Positions 50,001-59,354 of a stretch of 60,485 nucleotides of DNA are shown here, in pieces; the stretch's first letter is position 1; each line of letters opens with the position of its first letter. Origin of the DNA: an uncultured Clostridia bacterium (GTDB lineage Bacteria > Bacillota > Clostridia > TANB77 > CAG-465). The DNA lies in assembly GCA_944386345.1 (NCBI GenBank), contig CALXAR010000002.1, positions 1 to 60,485 of the forward strand, written 5' to 3'. The notes beneath the pieces were generated by a model. That model was not told the DNA's origin, made no database searches, and worked only from the letters and a program-made list of their open reading frames with translations. The position numbers and the translations under genes were made by a program.

Positions 50001-50636
50001 TGCCTTATTTGCTTTTTCTTCTAGAGGTCCAATTGTATTTTCTATTTCAACTAAAACATCACTTACTCTTTGTAATGTATTATCTGTATGTTCTAGTTTT
50101 CTTGTAGCCTCGTCTTTTCTTGTTCTATACTTAACAATTCCTGCAGCTTCTTCAAAAATATGTCTTCTCTCTTCAGACTTATTTGATAATATCTCATCTA
50201 TTTTTCCCTGAGAAATAATGCTATATCCGTCTTTTCCAAGTCCAGTATCCATAAATATTGCCTGAATATCCTTTAATCTACATTCATTTCCATTTATTAA
50301 ATAATTACTCTCACCACTTCTATACATTCTTCTTGTAACTATAACCTCATTATAGTCTATTGGAAGAGTTCCATCAGAGTTATCTAAATACATAGAAACT
50401 TCAGCAAATCCAACTTTTTTTCTTGCCTGTGTACCTGAAAAAATTACATCTTCCATCTTAGAGCCACGTAAATTTTTAGCACTTTGTTCCCCAATAACCC
50501 ATCTGATAGCATCAGATATATTACTTTTTCCACTACCATTAGGACCAACAATAGTTGTAATTCCGTCTAAAAACAATATTTCTGTTTTATCTGCAAATGA
50601 TTTAAATCCTTGTATTTCTAGTTTTTTTAATTGCAT
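47091..50636 (-). CDS. smc: chromosome segregation protein SMC
   Basis: GFKSFADKT...GPNGSGKSNISDAIRWV head, long coiled coils, hinge, and C-terminal LSGGE signature plus DEIEAALD Walker B. Confidence 0.95.
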   Translation of the reverse strand: MQLKKLEIQGFKSFADKTEILFLDGITTIVGPNGSGKSNISDAIRWVIGEQSAKNLRGSKMEDVIFSGTQARKKVGFAEVSMYLDNSDGTLPIDYNEVIVTRRMYRSGESNYLINGNECRLKDIQAIFMDTGLGKDGYSIISQGKIDEILSNKSEERRHIFEEAAGIVKYRTRKDEATRKLEHTDNTLQRVSDVLVEIENTIGPLEEKANKARKFLKLRDELKLLDVKIFINSVENNALDLKKIDDIIDTLQKDIEKQENLSKENELKKTELKDKIQHITNKIEELRENYFQIENEKEKINSKISLLDASINSAVANSERLNQEIIEDNQKIELLKEEKEKRMQKRENVFLNKKKFEEELNQKEQELNSIVSTLDEQGMQIEELKRGIEANNDKKFDLKSENSSISATIEAEEKQLEEKKKQNEKSISQKDNLNFELNEIGQNISLKNQKLIEVNNMTSDLEKKIQDAQNTIDVLNDRKNNINQKLMTAKAKCNYLQNLENENEGYSKSVKSILDYAKTNSKVHGTVASLISTDEKYEYAIEVALGGFIQNIVVEDELIAKNLITYLNSNSLGRVTFLPLSNLSSVSDINNKVLKNEGVIGIASELVSYDKKYEKAIKLALANTIIVDNIDNAIVLSKKIKNSLRIVTISGELLSQSGSITGGKNSLRAGGVIGRKEKISELKKIIESKEEEFESIKEQATQLEKQKDEIKAELDSVIPQKEELVVDIATLTQRREYINKEIERIDSQKQAFNQNLEQISLRIEEMKEKIEVNNKEIFNIDVKNAKDQEIIDEYTRFNKEKQKEIDILNEDVVNLKVSLSSFDETVSSIDEMKEKIENDILNFEQSIKKKKEEIENIRLQNEKSKEEIIKLQETIENSSKMKEDYQANSNALKEEKSQYEQNMEHIDADIISTLNTLNSVKEEKSKVESKRIKYEMELTNLKNKMWDEYELTISSSKALISNEEEINIKQVEKDANSLRKEIKELGEVNIGSIEDYQKTKERYDFIFNQKEDLVETKKKLENLISNMVSIMKQQFTKNFRVITENFNNTFKELFGGGKAELKLSDENDVLNSGIEIEVQPPGKKLQSMSLLSGGERALTATALLFAILQIKSPPFCILDEIEAALDDVNVHRFAEYIKEYSKKNQFIVITHRKGTMEVASSVYGITMQEYGISKVVSMKLK

Positions 50637-50799
50637 ATATATCCCCTTCTAATCTCCTAAATTATATTATATTTAATCACTTTTTGCAACTTTTTACATT
50701 TTTTTGAAGTATTTTTAATTTTAATTTGAATTATGTATACTAAAACTTGTATTTGATAATATAATAAGGTGATATTAGAAATTATTTTTTGTTTTTGTG

Positions 50800-50828
50800 T
50801 TGACTTTACATAAACAGAGTGATATAAT
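50800..50828 (+). promoter_or_regulatory. near-consensus sigma-A promoter
   Basis: TTGACT, 17 nt spacer, TATAAT with TGn. Confidence 0.6.
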
Positions 50829-50879
50829 AGCTGCGAGCAGAAATATTTTTTATCCGAACTTGATTAAAAAGGAGGTTTT

Positions 50880-51677
50880 ATGAAAAACAAAAAAAATGAA
50901 GTGGTAATCCCTTCATTAAAAGAAAAATGTGAGGAAAAGTATTATAATTTAGAAGGATATAACAAAATATCATTAAAGCTAGAAAAATTAGGTTTTAAGG
51001 ATGTAAGTATAGATGAAACAGAAAAACTTACTAATGTAAAACTAGTTGATTTACTTGATGATGATTTGGATCAAATAATAATATCTGATGAATTATTTAA
51101 TGCTTTTAATATGATTTTAAAAGATAAAAAATATTACAGCAAGAAAGAAGTAAAAAGGTTATTTCAACATGTTATTTTCTTATACAATGATACTCAAAGT
51201 GAAGACAAATTAGGGGCTTTAACATATATAGAAAGAATTACAAATTTATTAGACTATATTGACTGTCTAAGTATTATGGAGCTTTCAATCGAACAATTAA
51301 ATCAACTACTTGAATTAGAAGATGATAGTTTAATTGAGAAAACATACAAAGAGATTAAGAGGAAAAGACATAAGTTATCACAAAAAGAATTTAGTCTTTT
51401 TATGAAAATGTTAAAGAACACTAAATCAAAAATTGATACAAAAGAAGCAAAAGAAGTATATAAATACATTTCATATATTTATAACGAAAATACTATTTTG
51501 CAAGACAATGTAGACTATATGAAATACTTAGAGACTTTTGCTAAAATAAATATTAAAAGTATATTTAATATGAGAATGTATCAAATACTGGAATTATTTA
51601 AAATAGAAAATATCAACTATGAAAATATAAATGAGCAAAAAAAATTAATTAACGATTTAACATATAATAATGCATAA
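50880..51677 (+). CDS. hypothetical helical protein with an internal duplication
   Basis: AAAGGAGG SD. The two halves align: ELFNAFNMILKDKKYYSKKEVKRLFQHVIFLYND with KEFSLFMKMLKNTKSKIDTKEAKEVYKYISYIYNE. Confidence 0.7.
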   Translation: MKNKKNEVVIPSLKEKCEEKYYNLEGYNKISLKLEKLGFKDVSIDETEKLTNVKLVDLLDDDLDQIIISDELFNAFNMILKDKKYYSKKEVKRLFQHVIFLYNDTQSEDKLGALTYIERITNLLDYIDCLSIMELSIEQLNQLLELEDDSLIEKTYKEIKRKRHKLSQKEFSLFMKMLKNTKSKIDTKEAKEVYKYISYIYNENTILQDNVDYMKYLETFAKINIKSIFNMRMYQILELFKIENINYENINEQKKLINDLTYNNA

Positions 51678-51735
51678 AATATATAAATAAAAAATTATGG
51701 TTTAAATCAAGAGAAGAAAAAAATGTTCTGCAAGA

Positions 51736-51768
51736 AGAGAGTGCAAATTATGCACTCTCTTTTTTTTA
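51736..51768 (+). terminator. intrinsic terminator
   Basis: agagagtgca / tgcactctct stem plus T8. Confidence 0.7.
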
Positions 51769-53247
51769 CATTACACCAAATTTTTTAGTTGAAGTTCTAA
51801 ATGTCTGATTACATAGTTTACTCCAAACTTTATACTCTTTCATCTTCTTACTTATTATCTCCATATGATACTCATTATCTGATAGTTTTATTATTCTTAC
51901 TATGTCATCTTCATCATACATTATATTACTAAGGACGCTACTTACAAAAGTCAGGTATGACTGTCTTGGTTTATATGTTATCATTGCCTCATCATCTTTA
52001 TATTTTTCGTCTGTTTTAGCATTTACAACTTCTAGACTAATATGCTTTACTTTATATGCTGTTCCATTTATTTCTTGAGTCTCTGCCTCATCTAACCCAA
52101 AGAACTCTGGAATCATTGTTCTTATATGATTTGGTATTCTTATTACATCTTCTTCTTTTGCATTTCTTGAAGATACCTCAAAAATTAAGTTTGTTATATT
52201 ATTTAAATTAACTTTCTTTACTTTTACGACATTTTCTTCTTCATCTATAGTATTTTTAGATTTTTTCTTTTTAGATTTTGTTGTTTCAAGATTTAATTTA
52301 ACATCTGCTTTTGAAAATAACATATCGTTTATATCTAAAGCATCACCATTAAGTTCGAGCTCTTCACCCGCCATACTTTCATCATATAATTCATTATTTT
52401 TATCTATATCATTTTCATCTTTAGAAACAGTATCCTCATATGTTTCAATATCTTTTGGTAATGTTATTTTTTCTTCATCATATTCAATTGCTATTTCATC
52501 TTTAGGCTCTCTTTGAGATTCTTCTTCAGGAATTTCAATATCTATAGAGATATCATCTGACATATCAGACAAGTCTATCTTTGGTATTTCAATATCGTTT
52601 TTATATACATCTTCTGCATTAGATTCTTCTTTATCTTCTTTTTCTTCTTCTTTCTTACCCTTTTTCCCTAATAATTCAGATATACTCATAACACTATGAT
52701 TATACTGTCTAGTTGAGAAAATCTCTTTTTCTTCAACTAACTTTTCTATAGTATCACTATCAAGCTTATTAAAGCCATCTTCATCAACTACTTTTTGTAA
52801 TTCTTTTAATTGTGATTTATATTCTTTTTTATCTAAACTATCTTTCAAGTCATATGTTATTTTTGTATATAAAGATAAATCTGTTTGTATTCCGCTTTCT
52901 GATATATTAGAGCCACTAACATATATATATGCTCTATCTGTATACTCAAATACGCATATATTTGAAACAAATTCATTTAAGTTATTATTTGAATAATAAT
53001 ATACATCATCTGTATAATCTAATAGGCTTTCAAGCATACTTCTTGTTGTTGTTTTTTTATCAATTCCAACAACAAAAAATAATTTTGTCTTTATATCAAT
53101 TAGATCTTCTTCAATTATTTTATACCCACTCTCTTTAAAATTTCCAACAAAAAAATATGCCTTTTTAGCATTTTCTCCTAAACATTTAGAAATAGCACTG
53201 GCTAATGTATTCTCATTTTCTTTTTGCATTATTATATTTACTTGCAT
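51766..53247 (-). CDS. hypothetical protein: degenerate PLD-like N-terminal domain, acidic disordered middle, putative DNA-binding C-terminal domain
   Basis: Start set at ATG 53247 (AAGGAGAGG SD). FVSNICVFEYTDRAYIYVSGSNISESGI resembles the HxK(x4)D(x6)GSxN motif with His and Lys replaced. The C-terminal part (VIRIPNHIRTMIPEFFG...) is reminiscent of B3/EcoRII-N-like domains. Confidence 0.6.
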   Translation of the reverse strand: MQVNIIMQKENENTLASAISKCLGENAKKAYFFVGNFKESGYKIIEEDLIDIKTKLFFVVGIDKKTTTRSMLESLLDYTDDVYYYSNNNLNEFVSNICVFEYTDRAYIYVSGSNISESGIQTDLSLYTKITYDLKDSLDKKEYKSQLKELQKVVDEDGFNKLDSDTIEKLVEEKEIFSTRQYNHSVMSISELLGKKGKKEEEKEDKEESNAEDVYKNDIEIPKIDLSDMSDDISIDIEIPEEESQREPKDEIAIEYDEEKITLPKDIETYEDTVSKDENDIDKNNELYDESMAGEELELNGDALDINDMLFSKADVKLNLETTKSKKKKSKNTIDEEENVVKVKKVNLNNITNLIFEVSSRNAKEEDVIRIPNHIRTMIPEFFGLDEAETQEINGTAYKVKHISLEVVNAKTDEKYKDDEAMITYKPRQSYLTFVSSVLSNIMYDEDDIVRIIKLSDNEYHMEIISKKMKEYKVWSKLCNQTFRTSTKKFGVM

Positions 53248-53290
53248 AATAACTTTACCTCTCCTTATATTAATTAATAATATGATATAA

Positions 53291-53333
53291 TAAAAAGCAA
53301 AAAAAGTAAAGACTTTATTATCTAAAGTCTTTA
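53291..53333 (-). terminator. intrinsic terminator of fhs
   Basis: taaagacttta / taaagtcttta 11-bp stem whose loop contains the fhs stop codon; U-tract on the minus strand. Confidence 0.65.
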
Positions 53334-54907
53334 TATTTTGATGACTTTCCAAGACCTGGTAGTGTCATAATATTCCCTGCATAAGCTACAATAAATCCAG
53401 CTCCTGCATTTATTTTAATATTTCTAATAGTGATGTTAAAGTTCTCTGGTCTACCTAGTATTTTTGCATCATCTGTAAGTGAAGATGGAGTTTTAGCAAT
53501 GCAAATTGGTAAATTATTATATCCAAATTCATTTGCTTTTATTATATTATCTTTTGCTTTGTCTAAAAATGTAACTTCTTTTGCTCCATAAATCTCTTTA
53601 CATATCTTCTCTATTTTTTGCTCTATTGTTAAGTTTAAATCATATAATGGCGTATAATTTGCCTCTTTAATACCAAGTATTTCTACTACTTTTTCTGCAA
53701 AATCTACGCTACCTTCAGAGCCTTTTGAAAAAGCCTCAGATATTTCTACTGGTACATCATATTTAGAAGCATATTCTCTTATATATTCTATCTCTTCATC
53801 ATCATCTGTATCGAATCTATTTATACATACCATAACTGGTATATTATACTTTTTCATATTTTCTATATGCTTTCCAAGATTTACAATTCCTTTTTTTAAG
53901 TAATCCATATTCTTTTTAGTTATATCTTCAATTGGCATATATCCATTATATTTTAATGCTTTTACAGTAGCAACTATAATACTTAAGTCTGGTCTTAATT
54001 TAGCTTTTCTACACTTTATATCCATAAATTTTTCTGCTCCCAAATCAGAGCCAAATCCAGCCTCAACAATACAGTAATCTGCAAGCTTTAATCCAAGCTT
54101 TGTTGCTACTACAGAGTTACAACCATGGGCAATATTTGCAAAAGGTCCAAGATGAACAATACAAGGAGTCTCTTCTGCTGTCTGAACTAAATTAGGCTTT
54201 AAAACATCTTTTAATAATGCCATCATAGCACCAACTACTTCTAATTGCTTTGCATACACTGGTCTTCCATTAATATCATATGCCACTAGAATATTTCCTA
54301 GCATTTCTCTTAAATTTTCCTTGTCATTTGCTAGACAGCAAATTGCCATTATCTCACACGCTGCAGTTATTTCAAATCCTGTATTATATGATACTTTACT
54401 TCCATTTATAGTGATATCTCTTAGAGATCTGTCATTCATATCTATTGCTCTTTTTATAACTATATTATTTTGATCAATATTTAATTTATTTCCATTAAAT
54501 ATATGATTATCAATTACAGCACAAAGTAAATTATTTGCAGACGTAATTGCATGAAAATCGCCTGTAAAATGAAGATTAATATCTTCTTGTGGCTCAACTG
54601 TTGCTTTTCCTCCACCGATTGCACCACCTTTTATACCAAAAACTGGTCCTAAAGAAGGTTCTCTTAAAACAACAATACTTTTTTTCCCTAATTTATTAAG
54701 TCCCATTGTAAGACCTATTGACTGAGTTGTCTTTCCTTCTCCAAAAGGAGTGGGATTAATAGAGGTCATAAGTATTAATTTCCCATTTTTTTTATCTGTT
54801 ACAATATTAAAGAAATCTTCGTTTATCTTTGCTTTATATTTCCCATAGCACTCAATATAGTCTTCTGGAATATTAAGTTCATCTGCTATTTTTAGTATAT
54901 TTTTCAT
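53318..54907 (-). CDS. fhs: formate--tetrahydrofolate ligase
   Basis: INPTPFGEGKTT P-loop, GGAIGGG, EAGFG and CIAKT motifs. At 529 aa it is slightly shorter at both ends than the ~555 aa I recall for the family. Confidence 0.95.
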   Translation of the reverse strand: MKNILKIADELNIPEDYIECYGKYKAKINEDFFNIVTDKKNGKLILMTSINPTPFGEGKTTQSIGLTMGLNKLGKKSIVVLREPSLGPVFGIKGGAIGGGKATVEPQEDINLHFTGDFHAITSANNLLCAVIDNHIFNGNKLNIDQNNIVIKRAIDMNDRSLRDITINGSKVSYNTGFEITAACEIMAICCLANDKENLREMLGNILVAYDINGRPVYAKQLEVVGAMMALLKDVLKPNLVQTAEETPCIVHLGPFANIAHGCNSVVATKLGLKLADYCIVEAGFGSDLGAEKFMDIKCRKAKLRPDLSIIVATVKALKYNGYMPIEDITKKNMDYLKKGIVNLGKHIENMKKYNIPVMVCINRFDTDDDEEIEYIREYASKYDVPVEISEAFSKGSEGSVDFAEKVVEILGIKEANYTPLYDLNLTIEQKIEKICKEIYGAKEVTFLDKAKDNIIKANEFGYNNLPICIAKTPSSLTDDAKILGRPENFNITIRNIKINAGAGFIVAYAGNIMTLPGLGKSSKYKDFR

Positions 54908-54934
54908 AATATACCTCCTAACTTATATATACGT

Positions 54935-54963
54935 ATTTTATCATAATATATATATAATTTCAA
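54935..54963 (-). promoter_or_regulatory. sigma-A promoter for fhs
   Basis: Minus strand TTGAAA, 17 nt spacer, TAAAAT with TGn. Confidence 0.5.
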
Positions 54964-55039
54964 TTGTCTTAAAATAATACTAAAAGTTTTAGATTTTATA
55001 TAAATCTCACACAAAAATTCGTATTTTTATATAAAAGTA

Positions 55040-55091
55040 CTATAAAATAATAATCACTAGAGTTCTGAATTATTCATAAGCTCTAGTGATT
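55040..55091 (-). terminator. hairpin after tRNA-Gln
   Basis: aatcactagag / ctctagtgatt 11-bp stem with an 18-nt loop; T-rich trailer on the minus strand. Confidence 0.45.
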
Positions 55092-55098
55092 TTTGATT

Positions 55099-55173
55099 TG
55101 GCTGGGCTAGCTGGATTCGAACCAGCGCATGTCGGGGTCAGAGTCCGATGCCTTACCACTTGGCGATAGCCCA
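55099..55173 (-). tRNA. tRNA-Gln (anticodon CUG), encoded CCA
   Basis: Reverse complement TGGGCTATCGCCAAGTGGTAAGGCA-TCGGA-CTCTGAC-CCCGA-CATGCGCTGGTTCGAATCCAGCTAGCCCAGCCA; A31-C39 mismatch in the anticodon stem. Confidence 0.85.
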
Positions 55174-55239
55174 ACGTACAATATGTATTTTATCATAATT
55201 ATACACTTAATGCAATAATATTATAATAGAAAAACAGAA

Positions 55240-55887
55240 CTAAAAATTGTTCTGCTTTTCTTCTTTTTTATTTTTGTAGTTTGTAATAGTACTTTTTTTC
55301 ATTATCATATACACTATTAAAGATACTGCAAATCCCATTAGCCATCCACCAATAATATCTCCTGCATAATGAACGCCAAGATAAATCCTTGTAAATCCAA
55401 TTATTAAAATTAATGATGTCAGTACTACATATATAGTATATCTAATTTTTTTATTTTTTACAAAATTATATGCATACATCATTAAAATAGAATATAAAGC
55501 CATATTTACCATTGCATGTCCTGATGGAAAGCTATAATAGTTTTCAGATACAAGCCTTAAAATATTTGGTCTTTCTCTTGCAAATATAGCTTTTAAAATT
55601 GTATTTAACACTAAAGAGCTAACAACTGCAATACTTACTGGTATTGCCACTCTATTTCTAAGTTTTGGAATAATATATATAATTGCACATACACACATTA
55701 CTCCTATTGGTCCACCTATATTAGTTATAAATATAAGTATTGCTGTTAAAAAATCTGACATATGCTCTGTAGCTTCAGCATATACCCATGACTCAAATCC
55801 ATATAACTGATCAGCTTTTATAAAAAAAGCAAGTATTAAAAATAATATAATTGCAAAGACAGCTAAAATTATATTCTTTCTACTCAT
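55240..55887 (-). CDS. PAP2 family phosphatase (BcrC/undecaprenyl-diphosphatase-like)
   Basis: KAIFARERP, SFPSGHAM and RIYLGVHYAGD motifs; start set at ATG 55887 after a GGAGGA SD. Confidence 0.85.
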   Translation of the reverse strand: MSRKNIILAVFAIILFLILAFFIKADQLYGFESWVYAEATEHMSDFLTAILIFITNIGGPIGVMCVCAIIYIIPKLRNRVAIPVSIAVVSSLVLNTILKAIFARERPNILRLVSENYYSFPSGHAMVNMALYSILMMYAYNFVKNKKIRYTIYVVLTSLILIIGFTRIYLGVHYAGDIIGGWLMGFAVSLIVYMIMKKSTITNYKNKKEEKQNNF

Positions 55888-55971
55888 GTCATCCTCCATT
55901 TTCTATATATTATATATTTTAATAAAAATAATTTCAACTTGTAAATTTAAAAAAGGAGATTTCTCTCCTTT

Positions 55972-57516
55972 TTATAATCCTTTATGTATTCTATCAATAA
56001 TCATTCTAAATACCAACCATATAGTTAGTATTACAGCAATTATAATATATATATTCCTTAAAGTAACACTAGTTACCATACTTGCTCCTAGCAACAAAGC
56101 TGCATCAAGTATACCAATTACAAGCTGATGTAGCATTACTTCAAGCTTGTCTATTTGCTTTCCAGAATTACTCATTTCTATATCAAATTTAGTCTCACCT
56201 TTATTTATATCAGATATTAAATTTAATAATTCATTTGGTATTTTTGGCAATGTATTCCCTGCATTAATAATATTTCTGCTAGTTTTTATTATTGCATCTT
56301 TAGATAAGATTTCAGATAAACTTTCTTCTTTTATTTTATTTGTTAACACCATAAATAAACTTATATCTGGTGCAATAAGCCCAAGTGTCCCTTCAATTAC
56401 ACCAATACCTCTTACAAGCATTGTAATATTCCTATTAAGTTTTATGTTGTTTTCTTTAAGCATTGTAAACATACTATTTATAAAATCAAGAATATCTATA
56501 TCTTTTAAATTCAAATCTGCACTTTTATCTATAATAACTTGTATATCTGCTCTAAGTTTTGTATGATTTATCTCTCCATATGAAGTCGACATATTAAGTA
56601 ACACTCTTTCAACTTCATAAACATCATTTTTAACAATTGCTTTCATGCAATCTTTTAGTAGTGTTCTATTTCTACCACTTAGCCTTCCCATCATACCCAA
56701 ATCTAGAAAAACAATTTTTCCATCTCTTATAACTATATTATCTGGATGAGGGTCAGCATGATAAAAGCCATCATCTACTGCCTGTTTTATATAGTTATTT
56801 GCAAGCTTTAATCCGATTTCTTTTAAATCGTAACCACTTTCATTTAACTTATCAATCTCATCTAACTTTATACCATCTATATACTCCATTACCAATGTAC
56901 GCTTTGTAACTAAATTTTTATATACAAAAGGGGCATCTACATAATTTATATCTTTATTATTTTCCTTAAATTCTACTAAATGATTTGCCTCTATTTCAAA
57001 GTTCATTTCTTCTTTAGCCAAATCAAACATCTCATCTATTACTTCGTCTAAATCTATTACTCTAATTATGCTATTAAGATGCAATATATTTATTGCTTTT
57101 TTTAATAGTTTAACATCTAAAGACATAGTCTCATATATGTTATTCCTTTGAACTTTTATGACTACATCTTCACCATTTTTTAGTTTTGCTTTATGTACTT
57201 GAGCAATTGATGCAGAACCTAAACAATCTTGATCTATAGATAAGAATATGTCATATATATTTCCATACTCTTCTTCTAAAATTTCTTTTACATCCAAAAA
57301 ACTCATTGGATTAACATCAGATCTAAGCTTAGCTAAAACATCACAATACTCTTTTGGTAGGATATCGTATCTGTTAGAAATAATCTGCCCCATTTTAATA
57401 AATGTAGGCCCTAATTTTGAAATCACATCATAAACCTTATCTGGTGTAATTCCAGACAAAATATTACTATCTTTTAGTATTGATATAATCTCTTTTAGTC
57501 TTTCTTTTTCCTTCAT
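55972..57516 (-). CDS. ABC1/UbiB family atypical kinase
   Basis: LGPTFIKMGQIIS, ASIAQVHKA, HADPHPDNI and FLDLGMMG motifs plus C-terminal TM helices; start set at ATG 57516. Confidence 0.85.
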   Translation of the reverse strand: MKEKERLKEIISILKDSNILSGITPDKVYDVISKLGPTFIKMGQIISNRYDILPKEYCDVLAKLRSDVNPMSFLDVKEILEEEYGNIYDIFLSIDQDCLGSASIAQVHKAKLKNGEDVVIKVQRNNIYETMSLDVKLLKKAINILHLNSIIRVIDLDEVIDEMFDLAKEEMNFEIEANHLVEFKENNKDINYVDAPFVYKNLVTKRTLVMEYIDGIKLDEIDKLNESGYDLKEIGLKLANNYIKQAVDDGFYHADPHPDNIVIRDGKIVFLDLGMMGRLSGRNRTLLKDCMKAIVKNDVYEVERVLLNMSTSYGEINHTKLRADIQVIIDKSADLNLKDIDILDFINSMFTMLKENNIKLNRNITMLVRGIGVIEGTLGLIAPDISLFMVLTNKIKEESLSEILSKDAIIKTSRNIINAGNTLPKIPNELLNLISDINKGETKFDIEMSNSGKQIDKLEVMLHQLVIGILDAALLLGASMVTSVTLRNIYIIIAVILTIWLVFRMIIDRIHKGL

Positions 57517-57545
57517 AATCAATATCAACCTTTTTTATATATAAT

Positions 57546-57851
57546 CTACTCTTCTTTTTTATCCTCTTTTTCTGTTTTTAAAAGTTTTTCTAATTCTTTC
57601 TTATCTTCATCACTCATTTTTTTAATTAGTTCTGCAATATCTTCTTTACTTGTTGGTGCAACTTCAACAGTAACATTCTCTTTTATTTTATCTTTTATTT
57701 CTCTTTTTAATTCTTCATTTTTAATACTGCCCTCTTTATACAGAGCCTCTCCTTTTTCTAGTAATTCTTTTTTTAGTTCATTTGCTTTCTCTCCTGTTAA
57801 AGATATAGCTCCAAGTCCCATTAATAGAACATTTTTTAATTCGTCTTTCAT
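57546..57851 (-). CDS. phasin-family-like small coiled-coil protein
   Basis: LLMGLGAISLTGEKANELKKELLEKGE N-terminal pattern; sits upstream of the ubiB-like gene; start at ATG 57851 after a GGTGG SD. Confidence 0.55.
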   Translation of the reverse strand: MKDELKNVLLMGLGAISLTGEKANELKKELLEKGEALYKEGSIKNEELKREIKDKIKENVTVEVAPTSKEDIAELIKKMSDEDKKELEKLLKTEKEDKKEE

Positions 57852-57988
57852 TATATCTACCACCTTTCGATATAATTATATCATTAAAAAAAATAAAAAT
57901 AAACAAAATAGTTAATGAAATATAAAAAATTAAATAATAATCTAAAATATGATATAATATTGATATATTTATAAGGATAGGTAGAAAA

Positions 57989-58669
57989 ATGAACAAAAAT
58001 AACTATTATAAAGCATATGAAAAAAGATATAAACAAGTATATGAAAAAAATATGATGTGGTCATCTAATTCTTTTACTCCAGAGGTTATGGACATTATTA
58101 AAGAATTTAATATCTCCCAAAAAGCAAAAATACTTGATTTAGGCTGTGGTGAAGGTAGAGATGCAATTTACTTACTTAAAGAAAATTATAACGTATTAGC
58201 TATAGATTACTCACAAACAGTAATAAATAAGTGTAATGAGATTACAAATAATAAGTTTACTAAATCATTTAAGCAATTTGATATCTTAGAAGATAAATTA
58301 AATGAAAAATTTGATTTTATTTATTCAATTGCTGTTTTACATATGTTTGTACTCGAAGAACACAGAAATAAATATTTAAATTTTATAAAAACACATCTTA
58401 ATGAAAACGGAAAAGCTTTAATATGCATTATGGGTAATGGTGTAGATGAGTATTTTTCAAATATAGAGGAAGCATTTAATGACACAAAGAGAATAGTATT
58501 AAATAATAGCTCTACAATAAATGTTGCTACAACTTCTTGTAGGGTTGTAAATTGGTCTACATTTGAAAATGAACTAAGAAGTAATAATTTAAAGATAATA
58601 AAAAAATGGATATCTAAAAAGATACCCGAATTTAATAGTTCAATGTGTGTTGTAGTTAAAAACAATTAG
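57989..58669 (+). CDS. class I SAM-dependent methyltransferase
   Basis: ILDLGCGEGRDAIYL motif I and DFIYSIAVLH motif II-III region. Confidence 0.8.
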   Translation: MNKNNYYKAYEKRYKQVYEKNMMWSSNSFTPEVMDIIKEFNISQKAKILDLGCGEGRDAIYLLKENYNVLAIDYSQTVINKCNEITNNKFTKSFKQFDILEDKLNEKFDFIYSIAVLHMFVLEEHRNKYLNFIKTHLNENGKALICIMGNGVDEYFSNIEEAFNDTKRIVLNNSSTINVATTSCRVVNWSTFENELRSNNLKIIKKWISKKIPEFNSSMCVVVKNN

Positions 58670-58670
58670 T

Positions 58671-59318
58671 TTACCAAACAAAATTTGATTTTAAAGCTTC
58701 TCCATTATCAATTAGTAGATCTTGCCCAGTCATACTTTTATTATTTACTGAAAGAAAATATACAAAATCTGCTATTTCTTCAGCAGTTGCCCACTTATTT
58801 AATAGAGTTTCGTTTAAAACCTCGTTCCACAATTTAGGGCTTTCTATTATATGTTTGTTTAGTGGAGTTATAACCCCACCTGCTGATACACTATTAGCTG
58901 TTGCTTTATACTCTGCAATTCTTAATGCTACATTTTTCATATAAGCAACCATTCCACCTTTACTTGCAACATACTCTGGAAACTCTGCACCTGTAGATGC
59001 ACTAGCAGATGCTATAAATACAATAGATTTTATATTAGATTGTATACCGTACTTTTCAGTTATATTTATAGTTCCTTTTAAATTTATATCAATATCATCT
59101 TTTGTATTTTGAACGCCAGCATTATTTACTAATATATCTACATTTTCAATATCTGGAAGCTCTTTTGAGCAAATATCTTTTTTAATATGTGTATAATGTT
59201 CATTTTCTATAGTAGAATCGCTCCAATCAATTCCTAATACCTCATGTCCTTCATGTATATATTTTAATGCTATAGCTCTACCTATTCCACTTGATGTTCC
59301 TGTTAGTAATACTTTCAT
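58671..59318 (-). CDS. short-chain dehydrogenase/reductase (SDR)
   Basis: TGTSSGIGRAIA cofactor motif, NNAG, YVASK catalytic motif; start at ATG 59318 after a GGGAGTG SD. Confidence 0.8.
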   Translation of the reverse strand: MKVLLTGTSSGIGRAIALKYIHEGHEVLGIDWSDSTIENEHYTHIKKDICSKELPDIENVDILVNNAGVQNTKDDIDINLKGTINITEKYGIQSNIKSIVFIASASASTGAEFPEYVASKGGMVAYMKNVALRIAEYKATANSVSAGGVITPLNKHIIESPKLWNEVLNETLLNKWATAEEIADFVYFLSVNNKSMTGQDLLIDNGEALKSNFVW

Positions 59319-59354
59319 TCTTATCACTCCCTTTAATCATACAAATACTATATT

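Noticed and set aside
53318-54907. fhs as a pseudogene because it is ~25 aa shorter than typical
   Set aside because: All catalytic motifs are present, the frame is intact, and the stop sits in the loop of a proper terminator. It is more likely a naturally compact orthologue.
54908-55040. THF riboswitch or other structured leader upstream of fhs
   Set aside because: The region is very AT-rich and contains only a promoter and a short 6-bp inverted repeat. Nothing resembles the GC-containing THF aptamer.
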